In this document: positions 25,991 to 32,000 of the stretch, piece after piece | Layout of the letters: each line of letters opens with the position of its first letter | Position numbering within the stretch: position 1 is the stretch's first letter | From: an uncultured Chloroflexia bacterium | GTDB lineage: Bacteria > Chloroflexota > Ktedonobacteria > Ktedonobacterales > JADMIN01 | Assembly: GCA_963718915.1 (NCBI GenBank) | Contig: CAVRAI010000004.1 | Location: 690,001 to 722,000 of the forward strand | Reading direction: 5' to 3' | DNA: 32,000 nucleotides | The notes under the pieces: generated by a model | Seen by the model: the letters and a program-made list of their open reading frames with translations, nothing else | Told to the model about the DNA's origin: nothing | Databases searched by the model: none | Translations under genes and position numbers: made by a program

Positions 25991-26049
25991 GAATGAAGAA
26001 CTCCTTCGGTGGCCAGATGAACTGGTCTTGATAATATTTGGGGTCATCT

Positions 26050-26124
26050 GCCGGAGCCTGAAGGCCCCGGCGAATTTCCCCACCGAAGCAACCAGCCCAT
26101 TCGCTATAGCGTTTACGCTACCGC
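26050..26124 (+). repeat. Structured palindromic repeat, copy 3 (uninterrupted reference copy)
   Basis: GCCGGAGCC-TGAA-GGCCCCGGCGAATTTCCCCACCGAAGCAACCAGCCCATTCGCTATAGCGTTTACGCTACCGC. It lies in the intra-operon gap between the thiX-like stop and the thiY-like start. The terminal hairpin carries two mismatches. Confidence 0.7.
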
Positions 26125-26179
26125 CCGCCATCCCCTACGCAAACGCCAACAACGCAGGCTGCTTTCGCCTCGCATTTCG

Positions 26180-27064
26180 TCACTCCCTACGTTGGCGTTG
26201 CAGGTAATACCACGGCAGCGCCAGACGCTCCACAATCGCCACCGAGGCGAAGAGCGCGATGCTCAGGAGCGCGGTGACGACGATGGCTGCCAACACCCCC
26301 GCCGTCGCGAAGGAATGTTGCTTGAGCTGCATGTAGAATCCCAGGCCCGCGCTTGCCCCGACATACTCGCCGAAGATCGCGCCGATGACGCTATACGCGA
26401 TGGCGATGCGCACGCCCGAGAAGAGCGACGGCAGCGCGCCCGGCAGCCGCACCGACCAGAAGATGCGCACTGGCCCCGCGCCGAACGCACGAAACAGCCG
26501 GATAAGCTCGGGGTCGGCGGAGCGCAGCCCATCCGCCAGCGCCACGACGATTGGGAAGAAGCAGACCAGCAGGACGACGATAGACTTCGAGACCAGCCCG
26601 AACCCGAACCAGAGCACAAGCAGCGGCGCCAGCGTGATGATCGGGATCGTCTGCGACGCCACCAGCAGCGGATAGATCGCCCGCCGCAGCCATGGCGAGA
26701 AGTCGATCAGCGTGCCGAAGACAATCCCAGCTACCAGCGCCAGCGCGAAGCCAATCAGCGTCTCTTGCAGCGTCACCAGCATGTGTTGCCAGAGGATATC
26801 GCGCTGGCCCACCAGCACCCCCCAGACGGCGAGCGGCGTTGGCAGGATCTGCGCATCAATCGTCGGCTGGCTGGCGTACCACTGCCAGAGCAGCACGAGC
26901 GCCGCCAACAGCGCCAGGGCCGGGATAGTAGCCGCCATGGTGCGACGGGAGACTCGCCACCATCGTGCTATGGGCCACGCCGACAGAATGGGCATCGCTC
27001 CAGTGTCTGTGGCGCTGGATGAAGCGCTCTTGGTGGTATCTGGTGAGTCATGCAGCGTCTTCAA
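26180..27064 (-). CDS. thiX: ABC transporter permease (NitT/TauT family, ThiX-type)
   Basis: Multi-TM ORF with the EAA-loop-type block AFGAGPVRIFWSVRLPGALPSLFSGVRIAIAYSVIGAIFGE. The track start (27277) overlaps the ATPase gene by more than 200 nt and is rejected. Best start is TTG at 27064 (GGGAGG 6 nt upstream, TTGA overlap with the thiZ stop). Alternatives are ATG at 26995 or 26938. Confidence 0.75.
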   Translation of the reverse strand: MKTLHDSPDTTKSASSSATDTGAMPILSAWPIARWWRVSRRTMAATIPALALLAALVLLWQWYASQPTIDAQILPTPLAVWGVLVGQRDILWQHMLVTLQETLIGFALALVAGIVFGTLIDFSPWLRRAIYPLLVASQTIPIITLAPLLVLWFGFGLVSKSIVVLLVCFFPIVVALADGLRSADPELIRLFRAFGAGPVRIFWSVRLPGALPSLFSGVRIAIAYSVIGAIFGEYVGASAGLGFYMQLKQHSFATAGVLAAIVVTALLSIALFASVAIVERLALPWYYLQRQRRE

Positions 27065-27843
27065 GCCGCGCCTCCCGTCACCTCGGCGTCGAGCAGCGAT
27101 GCCAGCAACTCCGCCTTGATCGCGACAATTTCCGGGCGCGCGAGCATCTCCAGCCGTCGCGGGCGTTCCAGCGGCACGGCGCGCTCCAGGCGGACGGTTC
27201 CGGGGCGCGGCGTGAGCACATAGATACGGTCGGATAGTAGCAGCGCCTCGTCGAGGTCGTGGGTGACGAGCAGGCACGTCGCGCCTAATCGCTCCCAGAG
27301 ATCGGCAAGCCAGCGCTGCAAGCCAGTGCGGGTGAGGGCGTCCAGCGCGCCAAACGGCTCATCCAGCAGCAAGAGATTGTGGGCCGCCAGGACGGTTCGG
27401 GCGAAGGCGACCCGCTGGCGCATGCCGCCGCTGAGCGTGGCGGGCCAGGCGCGCTCGAATCCCGCCAGCCCAAACTCGGCGAAGAGGGCACGGGCGCGAG
27501 TCGCCGCCTCAGTCCGCGACACACCCTGCGTCTGGAGTCCGGCTATCGCGTTGCCGAGCGCGGTGCGCCAGGGGAGCAGCAGATCGCGCTGTGGCATGTA
27601 GCCTGCCCGCCCGAGCAGCCGTGCCTGTGTGTCGCCACGCAGGGCGACCGTGCCGGAGGTAGGTGTCTCCAGTCCGGCGAAGATGGAGAGCAGTGTCGTC
27701 TTGCCAGAGCCACTTGGCCCAACGAGTGCGACAAACTCGCCCTCATCCACATGCAGCGAGACGCGCTGAAGGGCGAGAAGATCAGCGCCACCAACGCGGT
27801 AGCGCATCGTGACCGCGCGCGCCTCTAACAGTGGTGTTCCCAT
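27061..27843 (-). CDS. thiZ: ABC transporter ATP-binding protein (ThiZ-type)
   Basis: Walker A GPSGSGKTT, signature LSGGMRQR, Walker B LLLDEPFGALD. ATG at 27843 has GGAGGG 6 nt upstream (the track start 27870 is 9 codons further up). Confidence 0.85.
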   Translation of the reverse strand: MGTPLLEARAVTMRYRVGGADLLALQRVSLHVDEGEFVALVGPSGSGKTTLLSIFAGLETPTSGTVALRGDTQARLLGRAGYMPQRDLLLPWRTALGNAIAGLQTQGVSRTEAATRARALFAEFGLAGFERAWPATLSGGMRQRVAFARTVLAAHNLLLLDEPFGALDALTRTGLQRWLADLWERLGATCLLVTHDLDEALLLSDRIYVLTPRPGTVRLERAVPLERPRRLEMLARPEIVAIKAELLASLLDAEVTGGAA

Positions 27844-27925
27844 CGCCTGCCCTCCAGATTGCCAGCACATTTCAGTGGCTTTATGTCAGTGCATCCGGGA
27901 GGTTGAGACAGACCCGCGAGGCGCG

Positions 27926-27965
27926 CACACAAAAAGGGACGCCGACGTATCATGCCAGCGTCCCC
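27926..27965 (-). terminator. Intrinsic terminator forming the TPP-riboswitch expression platform
   Basis: The minus-strand RNA reads GGGACGC-UGGCAUGAUACGUCG-GCGUCCC-UUUUUGUGUG (stem = plus-strand 27936-27942 / 27958-27964). It lies between the aptamer and the thiZ RBS. Confidence 0.6.
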
Positions 27966-27984
27966 ATCGTGTGAAGCGTTTAAT

Positions 27985-28063
<79 letters not shown>

Positions 28064-28286
28064 AAGCTCCCGTTGCGGTTGTTCAGTATTCGGTTGTCAC
28101 ATAGAGATGTACCATGTTTGCCCAAATGCGTCAAGCCAACGCATTGTGACTGGAACATAGATTCAAGTTATCCACCGCCTCTGTGGATATGCACCCTCAA
28201 ATGTGGAAATCTTGTTCTAGTTGAATCACATGACGCGGAAACCTGGTTTCCAAAGCAGCGAGTCTGCGAAAGAAGAGTGGACTATC

Positions 28287-28315
28287 TCAACACCACACGT
28301 GAACCATGCTACAAT
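28287..28315 (+). promoter_or_regulatory. Candidate mutS promoter
   Basis: TCAACA (28287-28292), 17-nt spacer, TACAAT (28310-28315), about 60 nt upstream of the mutS ATG in an AT-enriched intergenic region. Confidence 0.3.
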
Positions 28316-28377
28316 AGCCGGGTCGGGTTCATACCGATACTCCACATCCGCCCGCTGTCTGGCAAAGAGGAGTTGCC

Positions 28378-31059
28378 ATGGCCTCACCCGCTCGCCGCCA
28401 ATACCTCGATATCAAGGCGCAGCATCAGGATGCGCTGCTTGCCTACAACATAGGCGACTTTTATGAGTTCTTTGACGAAGACGCGCGTATCGTTGCCCGT
28501 GAGCTGCAGATCGTCCTGACCGCGCGCAGCTATGGGCCGGGTGAGGCGGTGCCGCTAGCGGGGGTGCCGACCCATGCGCTTGAGACGTATCTGGCGCGAC
28601 TGGTGGCGCGTGGCTACAAAGTGGCCGTCTGCGACCAGGTCAGCCCACCGGGCAAGGGGCTGGTGAAGCGCGAGGTGACGCGCATTCTGACGCCTGGGAC
28701 GGTGGTCGAGCCGAATATGGTGCCCGTCCGGCGAGATAACTACCTCGTCGCGCTGGCATTCGGCGCGCGTGGCGGCGCGGGGCTGGCGGTGGTCGAGGCG
28801 AGCACCGGCGCGTTCTCCTGCGTCGAATGGTCGGCGTCGCGTCTGCCTGCCGCATTGCGCGCCGAACTTGAGCGGCTGGCTCCTGCCGAGGTACTGCTCG
28901 CCGAGGGTATCCAAGCACATCCTGAGCACCTGATTGGCGAAGGCGACTGGCTTGCGCACTGGACACTCACTCCCTGCAGCGATTCGTGGTTCGAGGAGGA
29001 CGGCGCGCGCCGCCGCATGTGTCGTCACTTCGGCGCTGCCACGCTCGTCGCCTATGGCTGCGAGCACCTGCCGCTGGCCGTCAGCGCGTCGGGCGCGATT
29101 CTGGCCTACCTCGAACGAATGAATCCGACGTTGCTTTCTTTGCTGACCGATCTCAAGACCTATGACACCGCCGGTTTCGTGGAAATTGACGGCAGGACCT
29201 GGCGGGCGCTGGAGGTGATCGAGCCAGCGCACGCGATACATGCCAGGACGGGCAGGGAGTCGCCAGCGACACTGCTGGCGACGCTCGACGCCACGCGGAC
29301 AGCGATGGGCGCGCGGTTGTTGCGTCGGTCGCTCCTGCAGCCGCTCCGCAACCGTGCCGCGCTCGAAGAGCGGCTCGACGCCGTCGCCGAGTTGCATGCC
29401 ACAACAGCTATGCGCCAACAGCTGGCCAGCGCGCTTGACGGTCTCGGCGATCTGGAGCGCCTGATTGCGCGCATCATCCATGGATCGGCGGCGCCACGAG
29501 AGGTGTTTGGTCTGGAGAGCGCTCTGGCGCGCGTCCCAATGGTCGCTGCCGCGCTCCGTGATACGAAAGTGTCTGCGCTGGTGCGTTTGCGCGAGGATCT
29601 GGACGCCTGTCCGCGAGCGCGTGAGTTGATTGTGCGGGCGCTGGCCGAGCCTGGCGCGGGAACTGGTCGCCTCATCCGCGCGGGCTATAACGCCGAACTG
29701 GATACACTGGCCCAGTCCGCCGCCGAGGCGCGCCAGTGGATCGCAATGCTGGAGGCCGACGAACGCGAGCGGACAGGCATCAAGTCGCTCAAGGTAGGGT
29801 TCAATAAGGTCTTCGGCTATTACATCGAGGTCACCACGCCAAATCTGAGCCGCGTGCCTGAGGATTATCAGCGTCGGCAGACTATTTCCACGGGTGAGCG
29901 CTTTGTCACACCTGAGTTGAAGGCGCATGAGGCGCAGGTGTTGCACGCCAGCGAACAGATCGAGGTGATGGAGCGGGCGCTCTACGGTGACGTGTTGCGG
30001 TCGCTGGCTGGTTCCGCTACGCCAATGCGCCGGACTGCTGCGGCGCTGGCGGAGGTAGATATGTGGCTGGCGCTGGCGGAGGTAGCGCTGGCGCGGAACT
30101 ATGTGCGTCCTGAATTGGTCGATGGAACCTGTTTGGAAATCGTCGCGGGGCGACATCCCGTCGTCGAAGTGGCGACTGAGGGCGCCGAATTCATCGCTAA
30201 CGACACCCACCTCCGCGCGCATGAGCATGATGGCCAAGCTGGCGTGAACTCGATTGATGATGCGCACGCAATCATGCTGCTGACCGGGCCGAATATGGCG
30301 GGCAAGTCCACCTATCTGCGGCAGGTGGCGCTCATCACGCTGCTGGCGCAGATTGGCTCGTTCGTCCCAGCGGCGTCGGCGCGTATCGGGTTGGTGGATC
30401 GCATCTTTACACGGGTGGGCGCGGAGGATGACCTCGCGCGCGGTTTGAGCACGTTCATGCTCGAAATGGTGGAAACCGCCTACATTCTGCGGCATGCAAC
30501 AGCGAAAAGCCTTGTGGTTCTGGACGAGGTGGGCCGGGGCACCAGCACCGCCGATGGGTTATCTATTGCACGCGCAGTCGTCGAATATCTGCACGACTAC
30601 GTTGGCGCGCAGACGCTCTTTGCTACCCACTACCACGAGCTAGCCGATCTCGCCGAGTCGCTGCCCCGCGTCGGCGTCTTCCGCATGGCGGTTGCCGCGC
30701 GAGACGATGGCGCGATTTTCCTGCATCGGGTCGTTCCGGGAGCCAGCGCTGATAGCTATGGGGTTCAGGTCGCGCGGATGGCTGGGTTGCCCGCACCCGT
30801 CACCGAACGCGCATCGGCCCTGCTATTGCAGCATGCCAGCGCTCAGCGGCTGATCGCGGAGTCACCAGCCGCGTATGTCGCCTCAGCCAGTGAAGACACT
30901 CAGATAGACTCAGTGGTGACGCGGCGGGAACGCGAACTGGCGCTCGATCTGGCCGCCGCCAATATTGCCGCGATGACGCCGATAGAAGCGATCAACGCGC
31001 TCTTTGCCTTGCAGCAACGGGCGCTTCAGCTGCTGCGCGCGGCGGATGAGGGAGTGTGA
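28378..31059 (+). CDS. mutS: DNA mismatch repair protein MutS
   Basis: 893 aa. N-terminal mismatch-binding block PARRQYLDIKAQHQDALLAYNIGDFYEFFDEDA, Walker A LLTGPNMAGKSTYLRQ, STFMLEM, DEVGRGTST, ATHYHEL. Confidence 0.95.
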   Translation: MASPARRQYLDIKAQHQDALLAYNIGDFYEFFDEDARIVARELQIVLTARSYGPGEAVPLAGVPTHALETYLARLVARGYKVAVCDQVSPPGKGLVKREVTRILTPGTVVEPNMVPVRRDNYLVALAFGARGGAGLAVVEASTGAFSCVEWSASRLPAALRAELERLAPAEVLLAEGIQAHPEHLIGEGDWLAHWTLTPCSDSWFEEDGARRRMCRHFGAATLVAYGCEHLPLAVSASGAILAYLERMNPTLLSLLTDLKTYDTAGFVEIDGRTWRALEVIEPAHAIHARTGRESPATLLATLDATRTAMGARLLRRSLLQPLRNRAALEERLDAVAELHATTAMRQQLASALDGLGDLERLIARIIHGSAAPREVFGLESALARVPMVAAALRDTKVSALVRLREDLDACPRARELIVRALAEPGAGTGRLIRAGYNAELDTLAQSAAEARQWIAMLEADERERTGIKSLKVGFNKVFGYYIEVTTPNLSRVPEDYQRRQTISTGERFVTPELKAHEAQVLHASEQIEVMERALYGDVLRSLAGSATPMRRTAAALAEVDMWLALAEVALARNYVRPELVDGTCLEIVAGRHPVVEVATEGAEFIANDTHLRAHEHDGQAGVNSIDDAHAIMLLTGPNMAGKSTYLRQVALITLLAQIGSFVPAASARIGLVDRIFTRVGAEDDLARGLSTFMLEMVETAYILRHATAKSLVVLDEVGRGTSTADGLSIARAVVEYLHDYVGAQTLFATHYHELADLAESLPRVGVFRMAVAARDDGAIFLHRVVPGASADSYGVQVARMAGLPAPVTERASALLLQHASAQRLIAESPAAYVASASEDTQIDSVVTRRERELALDLAAANIAAMTPIEAINALFALQQRALQLLRAADEGV

Positions 31060-31064
31060 GAGCT

Positions 31065-32000
31065 GTGCCGGAACGAATCGCGCCACTAGCGCGCGAGGTG
31101 ATCGAGCGGATCGCGGCGGGCGAGGTGATCGAGCGGCCCGCCTCGGTCATGCGCGAGTTGATCGATAACGCGCTGGACGCCAACGCTACGATGATCCGCG
31201 TCGAGTTACAGGATGGCGGTCTGCGGCTGATTCGCGTCGCGGACGATGGCGAGGGCATTCTGGCGGACGACCTGCCCCTGACTGTGACGCCGCATGCCAC
31301 CAGCAAAGTGCGCAGCCTGTCCGACCTGGAGCACATCGCTACGCTTGGATTCCGTGGCGAAGCACTGGCCAGCATCGCCGCCGTCGCCGAAGTGGAGATT
31401 GCCAGCGCGGCTGACGAGCGCGGCATCGCGTGTACCCTGCGCGCTGGCCCAGATATGCCAAGCGTGACGACTGAGTTACCTCGTAGTCGTGGCACAACCG
31501 TCACGGTGCGCGCTCTGTTCGCGACAGTTCCGGCGCGGCGCGCCCTATTGCGAAGCTCGCGGGTTGAGGTGGGGCGGTCGCTGGCGGTCGTGCGCGCCTA
31601 TGCGCTGGCGCATCCGGCGATTCACTTTATCCTGGTGAGCGATGGCGCCGTAGTGCTTCAGACTAGTGGTTATGATCGCGCAGAGGCCATCGCGGCGATC
31701 TATGGCAGCGATGTGGCGCGGGCGTCGCTGACCATTGGTCCGGTACAGGCAGGCGAGGCCACAATCTCCGGGATAGCCGCCTCGCGCGCTTTTCATAGCA
31801 GTAACCGCGATCACGTGTTGCTGGTCGTCAACGGACGACCAGTGGCGAATCACGCGCTGCTGGCCGCGCTCGAGGCAGGCTATCGCCCGCTGTTGCGGAA
31901 AGGGCGCCATCCGCTGCTGATCGCCGAGGTGACGGCGCCGCTCAACCAGGTGGACGCCAATATCCACCCATCGAAGACAGAGGTGTTGCTGCGGCACGAA
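31065..32000 (+). CDS. mutL: DNA mismatch repair protein MutL (N-terminal 312 codons; continues past the right edge)
   Basis: Absent from the ORF track because it is open at the window end. GTG at 31065, 5 nt after the mutS stop. Translation VPERIAPLAREVIERIAAGEVIERPASVMRELIDNALDANATMIRVELQDGGLRLIRVADDGEGI...GFRGEALASIAAV...NIHPSKTEVLLRHE contains the GHKL ATPase motifs of MutL. Confidence 0.9.
   Translation, partial: MPERIAPLAREVIERIAAGEVIERPASVMRELIDNALDANATMIRVELQDGGLRLIRVADDGEGILADDLPLTVTPHATSKVRSLSDLEHIATLGFRGEALASIAAVAEVEIASAADERGIACTLRAGPDMPSVTTELPRSRGTTVTVRALFATVPARRALLRSSRVEVGRSLAVVRAYALAHPAIHFILVSDGAVVLQTSGYDRAEAIAAIYGSDVARASLTIGPVQAGEATISGIAASRAFHSSNRDHVLLVVNGRPVANHALLAALEAGYRPLLRKGRHPLLIAEVTAPLNQVDANIHPSKTEVLLRHE

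Noticed and set aside
25991-26131. N-terminal 47-codon extension of the thiY-like ORF
   Set aside because: The extension is read-through of repeat copy 3. The internal ATG at 25990 has an AAGGAG RBS and gives a proper lipoprotein signal peptide.
26192-27022. 276-aa + strand ORF
   Set aside because: It is antisense to the ABC permease. The extreme Arg/Asp/Gln/His composition is not protein-like.
27065-27277. N-terminal extension of the permease ORF (track start 27277)
   Set aside because: It would overlap thiZ by more than 200 nt. The extension is Arg/Pro/Ala/Gly-rich, and a GGGAGG-preceded TTG at the thiZ stop gives a conventional coupled start.
28555-30495. 646-aa - strand ORF
   Set aside because: It is antisense to mutS, whose identity is unambiguous. 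It is an Arg/Gln/His-rich artefact of GC3-biased coding on the opposite strand.

Overview
High-GC (roughly 60-65% by eye), gene-dense bacterial chromosomal window. All calls come from reading motifs by eye; no homology search was run. I can support 22 protein genes (two run off the window edges), one tRNA, one riboswitch, one insertion sequence and a small family of structured intergenic repeats.

Left third: a minus-strand sugar-utilisation cluster (LacI-family regulator, GH2 beta-mannosidase, IlvD/Edd-family dehydratase, two SDR dehydrogenases). It faces a 1060-aa Asp-box/BNR (sortilin/VPS10-like) protein and ribokinase.

Middle: tRNA-Asp(GUC) with its own near-consensus promoter, selB preceded by a 956-aa TPR protein, yajQ, thpR, an unrecognisable 2-TM protein, a third SDR, lipA and a DAO-family FAD oxidoreductase.

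Right third: an intact IS982-family IS, a TPP-riboswitch-controlled thiZ-thiX-thiY-type ABC importer, then mutS-mutL.

I do not see a CRISPR array, a recognisable defence island, a prophage or a biosynthetic cluster.

The most interesting signals are:
1. A ~75-bp three-hairpin palindromic repeat in three copies within 4 kb, always in the same orientation relative to the upstream gene.
2. The IS982-family element sitting exactly in the 4-nt loop of one hairpin of one repeat copy, which suggests structure-targeted transposition.
3. A TPP riboswitch whose terminator/antiterminator logic is readable from the sequence and whose 5' half looks atypical.
4. An IlvD/Edd dehydratase with Asn in place of the canonical Cys of the CDK Fe-S/Mg motif, embedded in a possible oxidative mannose route.
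5. Several unexplained phased or tandem short repeats in long leaders.

The many long antisense ORFs in the six-frame track are typical high-GC artefacts and were rejected.
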